A stretch of 60,442 bases of DNA, filler included, from Sphacelaria rigidula (taxonomy: Eukaryota): assembly GCA_964200075.2 (NCBI GenBank). It is 8 parts of 8 records of this genome, joined end to end, with 100 filler letters (N's around TTAATTAATTAA, not from the genome) between each part and the next. Parts side by side here need not be neighbours in the genome. Positions count along the whole stretch, not along the records: positions 30,273 to 37,740 come from CAXNAA020014795.1; positions 37,841 to 45,308 come from CAXNAA020014796.1; positions 45,409 to 52,875 come from CAXNAA020014797.1; 5 more parts are not named here. One strand, given 5' to 3'. Made by a program: the position numbers and the translations under genes. Shown in pieces: positions 36,892 to 49,800 of this stretch (position 1 is its first letter; the number at the start of each line of letters is the position of its first letter). The notes below the pieces were generated by a model. The model was not told where the DNA came from. It made no database searches and saw nothing but the letters and a program-made list of their open reading frames with translations.

Positions 36892-37340
36892 TATAACACG
36901 GGATTTTACAAATTGGGGGTGGATCTTTTATTATTGGTAATGTAAACCCGGAGGATTAAAATCTTCGTATCCACACTAAATCTTCGAAACATGCTTCCAT
37001 TTCTTCACTTGCTGGTAGCTATTGACAACTACTACATGACATACAAATTTGAATCTCGATAACCGAAATGTCGGGGTCTTAGTTGATAAAAAAAGTTGGC
37101 GTCAGATCGAACACGTAAAATCCTTCAAAATTGTTTTTTTACCTAGGACCCTGACATTTCAGTTATCGGAATCCAATTTTTTTGTGTGGCGTGTAGTAGT
37201 TGTCAATAATAGCTACCAGCAAGTGGAGAAATGGAAGCATAATTCGAAGGTTTGGTGTGGGTGCGAAGATTTTAATCTTCCGGGTTTTCATCCCCAAGTA
37301 AAGATCCATCCTCATTTTTTTTGTAAAATCCTGTGTTATA
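36892..37340. mobile_element. Fold-back MITE variant with different termini
   Basis: Same core as 11851-12302 but ends TATAACACGGGATTTTACAAA / TTTGTAAAATCCTGTGTTATA. Confidence 0.85.
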
Positions 37341-37840
37341 TTACCCCCGATGGGGTTGCGGTCGGTTGGCGACGACGTTGTGAAACAACACGTCAATCAC
37401 TGCCTAAGCTAGGCAATTAGGTTACCGATTTTTTTCTTGCGCACTTCCGTTGTTTTTGCGATAACCATGGTGGTGTTCGAGCTAAATCGTGTTGTGCGGC
37501 GTGAGAAAACCTCGACTCCGCACAATGGGGATGATCGTACTACGTAATAATAATGTTTGAATGGTGAGACACGAATGAAGCAGTGCATAAGCCGTGGCTG
37601 TCTCCCTGCCAGTGGCGATACCAGAAAATAAAGCAATTCGTTGTAGGCAGTCATCCAAATGCAAGATCATCAGTAGACTTCGGGCCGAACAATCCTAGCA
37701 GTATGCAGCTCATCCTTCATGCGACTCGCCGAACACACCANNNNNNNNNNNNNNNNNNNNNNNNNNNNNNNNNNNNNNNNNNNNTTAATTAATTAANNNN
37801 NNNNNNNNNNNNNNNNNNNNNNNNNNNNNNNNNNNNNNNN

Positions 37841-38035
37841 CGAATTGGGTCAGCACTCCCGCACCGCGTCAACTCACGTCACACAGATCCAGTCGACTAC
37901 TTCGTGTACTCACGTTCTCACGCTTTTCACGGTGGAAGTCATACATGACGAAGAAAAAGCCCAACGCATCCGCAATCGAACCCCTGTTCTCTCCACCCAA
38001 ATGGCGACAGTCGGACCATTACATCACCGGGGCGC
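37841..38035 (-). mobile_element. SINE family A, copy 3 (cut by the contig edge)
   Basis: Head with TTTGGGTGGAGAG loop and GGTTCGATT B-box on the minus strand. Confidence 0.85.
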
Positions 38036-40042
38036 AATTGCAGATGCACTATCCCGCCGTGATATGTGGCCTCGCCCATCCAAAAAACATGTCCATTCGC
38101 AATCTTTAAATTTCGTGTTAACAGGGGGATTCTAAAAAATAGAGACAATTTTTGTGCGGGCATGAACGGAGGTCGACACTGTTCGGTTTAAACACGAGAA
38201 TTTTAGAAATTACGGATGGATACTTCTGAGGATAAGCGAGGCCACACATCACGGCCGGCGAGTGCATTTGCATTTGTATTTCGAAAGCCTTTCGATGGTT
38301 ATGAAGGTCCCCAACGTTCATCCTTGAAAAAAGATCCATCCTCACTCTGTAAAATCCCGTATTAGGTGTCTCCTGGTGTATCGTACCTTGCCGCACGTAG
38401 CCGCCATGGCCATGTTGAACGTGTTCTATTAACCGAACGAGAGTGAAATAAACTTCTTCTGTAGGACCTTGAAGAACCACGACAAAAATGCCCATAAAAA
38501 GTATATCAGGAAATGCCGACAGAGTTGTGGGCGCCTGATGCTATCTAACCGAAATCGCAGTCCCTTCGGCAACACCTTATCGTACACAATAGTGCAACAA
38601 GGCCCGGCGAGATCGTGACGGAACGGCTGTGGGCGTTTCGCCGGAATCTGACATCATGGAAGGGCAGTCGCGTGCCATTTGCGTGGTCAGAATCGGTGCT
38701 ACCACCTCTCCGCACCGCGGCCACCACCCCTCCGTAAGGGTGACATGATCTAGTTCACCCGGACCTCGATCACATGCCCACATAGTCACCCAGCGTGCCA
38801 ATATTGACCATCCTAACCAACTCAAAGCAATCAACTCTTTCCGCAACCTTATGATAACCCAAACTCGAAGTAGAGTAGACCACCGATGCTCAGCGCGGAA
38901 AAGTCCCCATCATAGACAGGTACAACATCAATAGAGGCATTGCTGCCGGGAACACCCGAGCTTCCGTTCACGTGTACGGTCAACATGGATCATTGGTGGG
39001 GGGAGGGGGGAGGGGGGAGGGGGGCTGGGGGCCTGAGGACGGACGCGAGCGGAGAGGGGAGGGGGTGAGGAGCTAGGTGGNNNNNNNNNNAGCTCATCAC
39101 TGAGACGCAACGACAACACGACAAGAAGCAAGGGGGGGAGGACGGGGGTCTGGGGAAGGAGGAAAGGGGGGAAGGGAGTTTATCGCCTGTACGGATGATA
39201 CTCCATACGTTCTGTCCCTTTGCCGGGATTGTTCCCCCCTACACCTGGACTGACATAAATGACGTGACATGGAAAGTGTAGCCCATGCAGAAGCCCACGA
39301 ACACCGTGACAACTAGTGAAAGGATCATGAAGGTGTCGTGTGGCACAACACCTTATTCATGGTGCTGCTGCTACGAAATTCATGCGGTGCTGTGTCTTCA
39401 CGAGGGCATCGTGACAGTCCTGTGGCGCTGCCATGGTGCTGATCACACTCACGCGTAATGACGCCGTGAACGCCATTGGACTACCGCGAGATCTTGCATC
39501 ATGCCAGGACCTACTACCGCGAACAACAACGCCACGTCTTACAAACTGGTAACCCTTGGACCGCGTGGTCGACGCGACGAGAAACCTCGTTGGCATCGAA
39601 CCCCGCGTCACCTGATGCACATCAACATCTGGGCCCTACCAGTGCATGTCCTGCCATGAACTAACTCTCTGTGTCTCTAATCGGAGACCCAGTGCCGCAG
39701 TACGAGTCTAGGAACAGGCTTGATTTAGGACACACCGGCTAAAGATACGTGCATTTCCCATTCTACGACCCAAGTCTAACATGCCACAACCTGGTCCCAG
39801 AAACCAGTTCGATCGAAGACACAGGCCTGGTTTTGGGCACACTCAACCCGCTCACACCAGTGTGCTTCGAACATAAGCAGCCATTGGATATTTTTGAAGG
39901 AACCGAACAGCAACGTCACTCAGCCCATTCGATAAGTTCAGAGTCACCACTCAATGTTTCTGGCTGTCTTACTTGGTATACGGCTCACCTGTGTGTATCT
40001 GGGAGGTACGTTTTCGTGACGCATGTGGTTGAGTGTACAAGT

Positions 40043-40486
40043 AACAGCCGATCATCGAAATTGAGGATATAGCTTTTCATTAAGGATGAGAGCCCGGAAG
40101 ATATCAATCTTCGTATCCACACGAAATCTTCGAAACGTGGTTCCATTTTGTCACCTATTGGTAGCTATTGACAAGTACTACACGTCATACAACATTGGAT
40201 TATGATTACCAAAATGTTGGGGTCCTAGGTGAAAAACCAATTTCGAGAAATTTCGGCGATCCGATCGGATCACCTAAATTCCCCGAAATTGTTCCTTTAT
40301 CTAGGACCCCGACATTTCGGTAATCGAAATCCAAACTTTTAGGGCGTGTAGCAGTTGTCAATAGCTACCAGTAGGTGAAGGAATGGAACCACGTTTCGAA
40401 GATTTCGTGTAGATACGAAGATTGTAATCCTCCGGGCTCTCGTCCTCTATGAAAAGCTCCATCCTCAATCTCGATGATCGGCTGTT
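40043..40486. mobile_element. Fold-back MITE, copy 3
   Basis: AACAGCCGATCATCGAAATTGAGGAT ... ATCCTCAATCTCGATGATCGGCTGTT. Confidence 0.92.
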
Positions 40487-40556
40487 GAATATTCACACAG
40501 CAGAAGTTTAACTGGCAAGTACAGTGTAGGCAGGAGCCGCAAGTTAAGGATCTCAC

Positions 40557-40711
40557 CTAAAGTCAGAAGTTTTGGAGGGAACTGCGCCGTCCCCAGCACC
40601 TCCGAATTTTTCCGCAAAAGCCGCGGCTCTGGCTGCCGCCTCCGCATCATCGTCGTCTCCGTCACTATCGCCCTCGCCCTTCCCCTTGTTGTTAACGTCC
40701 GTCGGGTCATC
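40557..40711 (-). CDS. Internal exon, acidic/Gly-Ala-rich, probably of the MGAAAS protein
   Basis: gagcag|DDPTDVNNKGKGEGDSDGDDDDAEAAARAAAFAEKFGGAGDGAVPSKTSDF(R)|gtgaga; GC-rich coding bias. Confidence 0.7.
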
Positions 40712-40740
40712 CTGCTCAATTAATGGCACTGTGAACTCAT

Positions 40741-40996
40741 GAGCAATGCTACGGTAGGGGCGCACTTTTTGCGCAAAATCTCGTCCGGTTCAGCGGCTTT
40801 AAACAGTTCTAGATGCACAAAAATGTGGGTCAGGGCATTCCTATTTGCAAATTCACTCGGGATATCCCTAAAACATTGGAATAGTAATCCCGGCGCACTG
40901 TCACATATTTCACACGTCGTGTTTTGGATGAGGTAAAGGGCTTCTAACAGTTCTTACCTCAGAAAATATTTGTGCACCCTTACCGTAGCACCACTC
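40741..40996. mobile_element. Sola2-like MITE, copy 3 (TSD TCAT)
   Basis: TCAT|GAGCAATGCTACGGTAGGGGCGCAC ... GTGCACCCTTACCGTAGCACCACTC|TCAT; short relative at ~41673-41800. Confidence 0.85.
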
Positions 40997-41030
40997 TCAT
41001 CTCACAAACCCTGTACGAGTCATATGCTTT

Positions 41031-41313
41031 AAACACCATATTCGTGAGATTCAGAGTGTAGTTTCAGATTCAGAGTCAGGATTTCAAACGGAAGAACTGT
41101 TTTCTTTGTGGTCGATTCTTTTGCGAAAGAGTTCGCGTCACTGACCAACCAACATTGGAGGCTGTGAAAACACGCATCTTCATTACTCGGATTGGTTGAT
41201 TAGTGACGCGAACTGTTACGCATAAGAATCGACCACAAAGAAAACAGTTCTTCCGTTTGAAATCCTGACTCTGAATCTGTAACTACACTCTGAATCTCAC
41301 GAATATAGTGTTT
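41031..41313. mobile_element. Hairpin MITE with ~120-bp near-perfect arms
   Basis: AAACACCATATTCGTGAGATTCAGAGTGTAG ... CTACACTCTGAATCTCACGAATATAGTGTTT; diverged relative at ~54774-55079. Confidence 0.9.
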
Positions 41314-43481
41314 TTAGCTCTCGGCGTCGCTTTTTTCTGTTCAAGACAATATGTGTTTTTAAAAATTCAGTATTCGTGCATTGGTGCTGTAAGAAGGCCA
41401 AAGCTATGTGCTTTTTACGTACGAACAATAATGATTTGTGCTGTATTGTAAGGGGGTGCTTGTTTCGTTCAACAAGTAGTGCTTGTTTCGTTCAACAAGT
41501 ATATTGTGACGAATCTGGCCTAAGATTCACCGAAATCAACGGATGGGTAGTCAGTGTTCATCGGATGGAAGAGGTTGGGCGCGTTTCGCTTGTAACCTTG
41601 GAAGTTGGAGGAGAGAGCCCACCTGCAACACCGTGATTGCATTCCGCACGACGTCGATATAATGGAGCATAAGAGGGATTCTATGATAGGGGTGCACCAT
41701 TTTCTTAGGCTGCACACTAAAAACCATATGTTTGACATCCAGAGGCTCCGATAGCGCGGAGCCTCGGAACAAAATGGTGCACCCCTACCGTAGAAGGTCC
41801 ACACATGACCCCACTTTACACAACGACTGTCTGAGGGAAATTATAATCACCCATGAATCTCCAAGTATTGGCGGCACTAGAGCAACATAACTGTTTCAAC
41901 GCGGGAACAGAATGCCAAGAAGGTGAATTTTTGTATACCGGAGTGTTGGATAAGCTGTGAATATAGTTTGCTCCAATGCTGTGAGCGTGATCAGAGGTAG
42001 ACCTGGTGCGGTGTACAACATATCGCAGGATACTGTTTACGCTCTCCACGTTGCCAACAAGACCTTTAAGTGAATAAGGTAGACGTCTCGGAGCAACACC
42101 GTACGGTCTGCCATGCCAAGACCGTACGTGAATGTTGATTTCCTCATTTCCCCCTCATACAAATGTAATAAGTAGTACTTCGAAGTATCACTCGGTAACA
42201 GTTTGGAACAGAGCGACCAGACATCCGGCGAGTATGGTCTATTCGGCGGTACCGAAAGTCTGGGCCACATGGTATTACAGAAGTTGCTGGTGCCTATTCT
42301 CGTTCTATTGTGACTGACCGTTCATCGTATTTTCAATCGTGACTCGTTTAATGCAAGTTGTACTGGTTAAACAAATGCCCAACAATGGCACCATCCGCAC
42401 AATGAGGAGTGCTACTTGTTGGGGTGTTGCAATCCGTGGCACCAAGACGCTAGGAAATTCGCACACATGGTTCATGAGTGCTCCTCCACTGCTACTGGTG
42501 GCGTTTCTTCAACGAAAATTGGATGGCCGTCGCGATAGTAGATGTAAGTCACCTCACGCGCTGCGAGATCCCTTGTTCCCGTGGCATATGCCTCCGTCAA
42601 GATCCTCATCATACTTTTCTCGTCCACAGTTCCCTCCGCCGCTTTCGCATCGTAGGCCGTCTGAGATTAGAATGCGTCATGATAGTAACATGAGTGGCCA
42701 GAGAATGTTGTGCTGCTTTATTTTCGGTCGATAGACTCGGTATGGAAAAATAGACTTGTACCACCCCACCAAGTCCACATATCTATCCTTTTCTTCACTC
42801 CTTTACTAAGAGGGTGCTGTTGTTGCTTATCATCGTAACGAACATCAGAGACCCACCATGAATTCCACTGCACGTACCGCCCACCGCTGCTGATCTTAAC
42901 TGTACTGTACGTTGAGGGTTGTAACGCTCAAGTTTGCTGCTTGCAACGATGCCCAGTACCACTTATGGCGTTATTTCGGAACGTTTATGGCGATTTAAGT
43001 GGATTCTATGCAGCAAGCGAGACCAGGAAGCGTGTACCGCATCTGCCGAAGAGGGATTAAACTCGACCGCCTTCAGCTGTGAGTGTATGCATGTGTAGGA
43101 TTCAGCCGCTGTGTACAGTAGCGGCCCGCTAGTGAGGAACGCTTTAGCAAGCAACCCAGGCTGAACGTTTAGTTTAGGCGGAAGACTAGGGTCTAGGAGG
43201 TGGGGTTGAATAATTAAGCCCGTACCAATCGCTATACATTAGATACGCGATGTGTACTGGGTGAGGCGATGGAGGGACCTTGAACTTGTGGTCGCAGCGG
43301 GACGGCTGTATGTTGCACCGGTGAAGACTGGGAGTTCCCTCTCACACATTACTATATGAGTCTACTGATCAGTGAACCACACGCAGTGAGCCATCTTACT
43401 ACAGAGTGATGACAACCGAAGGGATGACGGCTGATACAAGGTGAAGGCCGATAAACGAACATGTTACGGTACTGTCCGCAC

Positions 43482-43565
43482 CTTGAGACGCGTGAAAAGT
43501 ATCGCCTTCCCCTTGTCATCCAAAGTTGCATCAGCACCAGCGGGGATTGACGCTGCGGCCCCCAT
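43482..43565 (-). CDS. First coding exon of an unknown protein with an N-myristoylation-type start
   Basis: AAAAATG context; MGAAASIPAGADATLDDKGKAILFTRLK|gtgcgg; 84 nt; fits MGxxxS. Confidence 0.7.
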
Positions 43566-44982
43566 TTTTGCCGGCAGCCGCAGCAGGCCGTCTCTACGGT
43601 ACTGCCGAGACCAATGAATCAACACCTTCGTGAGACAGCGTACTGAGCCGTACTCCACTCTACAAGGTCGCCGAGAAAAAGCTGCGGGCACCTCTAGTCT
43701 GTCTGTTTTCGTTTGTTCGCCGCTTTTTCGTCCTGCACCTATGATTGTCCTACATCAATCGAGTAAAAGAATGCAGCTGTACTGTGTCGGTGCACTATTT
43801 CTCTGATGCGGGGTTATACTCGAACGCAAATGCAACTACCATATTTGTACATGGATGATCTGTAAACCCGTATGTGTGCTACCGCTCTCTGTTCTCCAAT
43901 GGGCATGAAGATCCGCACGTCAGTCAGCACATGCATAACGCCGCATCGGCACACATACGCACCCACACGGTGCCCCGTACTCCAAGAATCTTGCCGTTAC
44001 AGCACGGTAGAGAGAACGAGAAACGTGTGTCGGCTACTCAACAGGCGATATTGTTGCCCTCAGCGGAAAGTCATATACACATCATTAATGCAGGATAAAC
44101 ACTGTATTGCTGTGTCGAGCGTTCTGCAATCGCGATGGGCGGCGATGCCCACAAGAGGTCTCCCCCTGGATACATATCTTGAGCTACTCACGATCTTGCC
44201 ACGCACTAGCTTGTGTCATCCACCCTCTCACCGTCATCACAAGTTGGGTTTTTTATTGAATGGATACTATTTTCACCTGAAAAATAATTGCAAGACGCAG
44301 ATGACCTACCCTGGCGGTCAAAAGGTTAACGCGTAGACACCCAGACCGCTAGTTGGCCGCCAGTCGGCCGGTCTTTGGGGCTGGTCGAGTAATTTTATTT
44401 CTGTGAAAAGGTAACGCGTACATAAAAGAGGTCGTTGCCACGCATACATGATGCGTCATAGTTTTTCAAGCATGAAGCATAACAGCCACGATCACGAGAA
44501 ACTGCGTCTCAGTACACATAGCATGGGTGTAACCCTGCTAACCGTACGCATGTGGTGAAAATGTAAAACTATTACTGAACAGTGTGGGGTATTTGGTGAG
44601 GGGTGCACATACACTGTAGGCGGCCCGTGTGGGTATGATTTGCTTGATGTTTGGATTTTGTGGCTGAGGTTTGCGGGGGGTTCGCCATCACCGCACAGCC
44701 GAAATGAGCAGTACGAGCACAACAAGTTGGCACACCGAGAAGCACTATGCACGAAAACGCACCGGCGACATTTTCCTTTTCGCACACCCCTGTTGTTGAA
44801 GTGGAAGCTTGTAGCGTTGAGAGTTGGGGGAGGCAAGTCGCCCTCGGTTGGTTTGCTCCGTTGCGAACACACATTAATTTGAAGGCAACAAAAACATACA
44901 TCTTACCCGACTCATAAAAATCTTTTCTGGTGTGAGAGACCGTTTCTCTTGACCGTTTCTTGCGGTTGGCTTTGGGGCGCGC

Positions 44983-45135
44983 GGGGGGGGAGGGGGCATA
45001 CTCATTTGTTGCCGTTTGACCATCGATCACGCATCCCTTTCGAGACGGAGCATCGTTTCTACTCCCAATAGAGATACACCTCCAACATTCCGGTGCTCAT
45101 TACGTGTCTTCCTTACACTACACAAAAACCTTTTA
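44983..45135 (-). mobile_element. LINE family 1 3'-end fragment
   Basis: (G)n-CATACTCATTTGTTGC...CACGCATCCCTTTCGAGACGGAGC. Confidence 0.85.
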
Positions 45136-45441
45136 CACTGTTCTGTTCCTCCGTTCCCCGTCCTCCGACGAAGGCCATGACCGGTCTTGTCGGGACGGCG
45201 TGGGGAGGTCGGTACGGCGTGGGGAGGGTCTTTTCGGCGGGTGTAGGGCCGGAATCACCTCCAAGGAGTGATTCCTTCTCACCACCACCCTTGGCCCAGG
45301 CCGTGGTGNNNNNNNNNNNNNNNNNNNNNNNNNNNNNNNNNNNNNNNNNNNNTTAATTAATTAANNNNNNNNNNNNNNNNNNNNNNNNNNNNNNNNNNNN
45401 NNNNNNNNTCTTCAATTCTTGTCTTTTTGGGTTGGGGGGGG

Positions 45442-45485
<44 letters not shown>

Positions 45486-46804
45486 TGCTTACTCCGCGAA
45501 GGCGATACGAATTTGTGAGGGGAGGAATTTCAACCATCGCGCTCCGCTTGTTGAGCTGGCACATCATCGGCCAATTTGGGTGAATAAGTTGGTTCAAATC
45601 CCTGGAAAAGTAGTGCTTAGAGTATTGGATTTCGTCGTGGAGTTTGTAAAACCGTGGGTCGACGAATAACCAACCAAGACAGTCGAAGGACTGCGCTACA
45701 GCGGATTTGATGCTTGTCAAAAAAAAATCAGAAATTGACGGACAGGTACCGACGGCGAATAAGGTTGGACCGTTGTGCGTTTCGAGTTTTTTTCAATTCG
45801 ACCAGGGTCAACGCGGCTGCCCAGTATAAGCTGCATTGAAGTGATACTCCTTCTAGTTTTCGTTCTTGGTCTCCCATGTTTTTGGACCGTTGTCGGGAGT
45901 TGGGTAACGGTTTGTAGAAGATAAAGCCCTTGAACTATGAGAAGTTTGCAATAAACCGGAATTGTCGTATACAGCTGCAAGCGTTTTCATGCGGTAGCAA
46001 CCGACAGTGGGCGAATATTGAAGATCGGCCATTTACACCTGGATTCAAGGATGGGTTGATCGATGGGAACCATGCATTCGTCCCGAAGAGGCGCACAGGG
46101 GTTCGCAGTGACCTCAACCCAAACCCTAGCCCCCGACCCTACCCCTAACCCCAACAATGATAATCAAAAAATTCACCGGAGGTACGAGGTGTATGTTCAA
46201 GTATAATGGAGGTTAAGGAATGGAATAACCATCGCTCTCACTTTTCCCCACCTCCCGCATGGCTATATCTCCCACACTGTAGCAGCGCCAAGGTACGTTA
46301 GTTGGTCGAAATTTCACAGTTATCGTGAATGATATCGATGCATGATTATCTCTCGGTAAGGGAGCCCATCGAAGATCGGCTGAGGCCCTTCCCCCCCCTC
46401 CTCCCCTCCCCTCCCCTCCGCGCGAGCGGGCGCATCCTTTCCTGCTGAGCGTTGTAGCAACACCAGGGCATGCGAGTTTGCCTGGTAACTCAAGGCTTGG
46501 TATAGATAGTAAAGACAAAGTACTCGTATTAGGACACGGTCTTTCATTCTCATGGAACCTCCATCTGGGATGAGGACATCCTAGATTGATGTCCGTCTGG
46601 GATATCCACATGCCAGAGTAAGGGCGCACGATAATGCAACGCTTCCCACGAAGATGTCGATACATTGTCCACGCTTGACCTACCTCAGTGGTGACGGCAA
46701 TGCTCCGTCCTCTCCAGGATGCGTGGCAGGTAGTACAACAGCCAACACCAACAAACATGAGCGCCTTCCTTGCCCTCTCTCTCTCTCTCCTTTGCACGAA
46801 TCAG

Positions 46805-49800
46805 GCTCGAGGCGTGACAAAGGAAGAGTTTCCCGGTTATTACCCTTTCCGGGAGTGCAGTACCAAGTACTGGGAGGCTACGTACACCTGGGTCAAGGAT
46901 TACCTCGATGTACGTCCCGCAGCAAAAGTAGTGACGGAAGTGTGGTACTTTTCTTCGTCTCCAGGGAGTTTGTGCATGGGTGTTGGACGGAATCTGATGG
47001 CATTCGGTCTAAATGATGTCGGACCTCTGTTTGCGCACTTGGCAATCATGCCAGCGCGAGAACTACCACGCGTAACCTGGACACAGAAAAAACAGGCATC
47101 AACTCGTCACGCGTCGTGTCGTCGTTCGAACGCTTTCATGTGAAGGTGCTGATTGATGACGAGATCGTGTTCGACGCAATACGTAGTTTCGGCCCCGCTT
47201 GCGATCCAGGCTCAGGGTTTGTGTGATACTTCGTACGAGTCTCATTGCCTTCTTGTATTATTAATATCGCGTGTGGCAGAGGGGCGCTCATGTGCCCCGC
47301 AGTCTGGGGGTTCCGTTTGATATCTTGACATCACTAGTACTACTGGAAGGAGCGGCGGGCCTGCTTCTTGAAACAGCCGAAAATAAAAGGGGGGGAAATG
47401 TGTGGCCACTTTCCGCGCGTCGTGCCGGGGCTTCCTTATCCTCAACGAAGATCTCCATTCTCAATCTTGATGATCGGCTGTTTTGTTTACAATCTCCGCA
47501 TTGTAGTGACTCGTGTTCAAATAGTCTCGGTCAGACGATGGATGGATCGCAGGTGAGGTGTTTTCCCCAGTATGAGCAGGATCTTTCAACATGTTTTCCC
47601 ACTCTGCTTCAATTTGTTCCGTGTATCCTTGTATTGTCATCGAGCAGATCTACTACAAAAGCGAAGCTGACATCGAGGGAGACTACGAACTCAAGGTGAA
47701 AGGCGAAGCTCATTGGTGGCATGCCATGGTTCTCGTGACCTCCTATTCCAATGTCATTCATACGAAATTATTATATTCAACAAATCGTACTGCATACTTG
47801 AAGTAGGTAGAAACAGTCTTGACGTGGGGGCAAACTCTTACATATACGAAAAAACAAATGTTTCAGCCATTTTCATGAACGTTTGGCAGCCCTCAAGTCA
47901 TCATCGGTGTACCCTAGCTTGTCTGGGCTATTTGTTTGTACGTTCAGACAAATTCATCAGTCGTTCCCCTTTGCTTTCGTGCGCATAGGCTTTCGTAGAC
48001 GAGATGGTGGAAATCGCGCAGTTTCAATGGTTATCCGAGTTCTACCACACCAACAACAAGCGCGAGCTCATAGCCAAGGTAAGTCGTTCATCGCTATCTG
48101 AGGCATTGTGTATATGCCTGCGAGTCACGGGCATGGTCATTTTCACCTGAGTCACGAGAAGGCGATGGTGCTGTGGAGTAGCAGGACCCCCTCCGCCCGA
48201 TCGGTACCGCATTACGGGGACAAGAAGAGAAGCCTACACTGAGCAAGAAGACGTCTACAGTTGCTTCGGGTTTTGGGCTGAGAAGGAATATGACGTGGAA
48301 ACCGAACCATCGAACTTAGTTCATTGACTTCTGGGACGTAGGCATCGACCCATATTTCTCCGCTGAACGATGATGACCACACCATTTCAGTCGCAGCGCC
48401 GTGCGGTGTGGCGGTATATTTCTTGTCCCAATAGGAAATTATTCATTCAATAACGAGGACGGCAACGAATACTATCCGAAGCGTATAATCAGTGTGTGCA
48501 ACTGTATGCCCGACACATGAAGAAAGGCAACGTCTGATTATGAGATTTAGCATGAAGGTGCCGCCTGTTGTTATTTCATCACACGTGCTGTGGACAACGA
48601 CGACTATATCAGCAAGACACCACGCTGCAGCCTAGAAATATGACGCCTGGCGCCATCACCATGGTCTTTCACGCCAATTTGTTGCGCCCATGCATGAAAA
48701 AATATGTGGGAGCAAATTCCTCATTGCAATTTGAATCAATATTTGGCGTTTCTTCTTTCATAAGACATTGAAATGGCCCCGAAACTTCACCCGAGCTCAC
48801 ACTTCGATACCCTCTCGCCGCCACCGCCCTTAAACCACTGACTCAGGTGCTGGCGTCTCTCATCCACACCGCTAGCACGCAGCATGCTGCAGTGAACGGC
48901 CCACAAAGGTATTTATGATACGAATGGGGAGCGCTTGAGGGGGCGAAAGTAGGGGAGGCTAAAAGAAGACTTTGCTAGCGTGAAGATACATCCATTGTGA
49001 GGTCGTTTTGACTACCGCACGGTGTAGTCCCGGAAGACGCAGGGCTTCCACCGTAGTGCGCCGGGAGGAGCCGCAGCTGCTTTTGTCTCACGGGATTAAA
49101 GCCGACATCTTGTTACTGACGTGAACTGGATACCAACTAATAAGATCACTTATGGCTCTCGCCCCGATGCCATTAGAGCGGGCTGACAGTCCCCTCTGCA
49201 CTACAACACAGGACCCTTTATCTTTGCTTTCTGTGCACGGGCATATAATACTCATCTCCTTCGCACCACTTTTACAGCACAAAAAGCATTATTATTCGAA
49301 TCGCTTAGAGTCCCAGTGGCGGGATGAGGTGCTTGTGAGTTCTCATACATATGATGGATGGAGAAAGTCGATCACAGAAGTATCGGCAAGGGAGGCATCC
49401 CGCCATCATGTCATATGCAGCGAGCTTTGAAGGGCTCACTATCGTTATTGTCCTCGCGTTTTGTTGTTGATGCCGTTGTTGTTTTTGTTATTGTTGACGT
49501 TCTTGTCGTCGTTTGATGACACGGATTTATTCGCTCTTTTGCCCGGCGTTCTTCCCTCCTGTCTCCTGTGCTGCTCACGCGTGGGTGCAAATCACTGTAT
49601 ACAGGACGCAGATGTCGTACGTACCATCAGCACCTGGCTCGGTTTACGCGAAGCCACCTACCGACAAGGTACATATGTCATCGACTGGCATTTGACACGG
49701 CCATGCGTCGTGTAGCTCACCGTATATAACCAAATACTAAGCAATAACAAAAATCAAAGTCCTTTTGATATGCCAATTAGTGTCTTTCACTCTCGGCATT

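Noticed and set aside
45490..45720. Minus-strand 102-aa ORF with a gtaagc donor
   Set aside because: Protein-like but isolated, on the strand opposite LOX, with no recognisable family or partner exon
49145..49230. SLMALAPMPL as the LOX exon following HAAVNGPQ
   Set aside because: Weak acceptor and no suitable donor; 49605-49668 fits the motif, splice sites and phase much better
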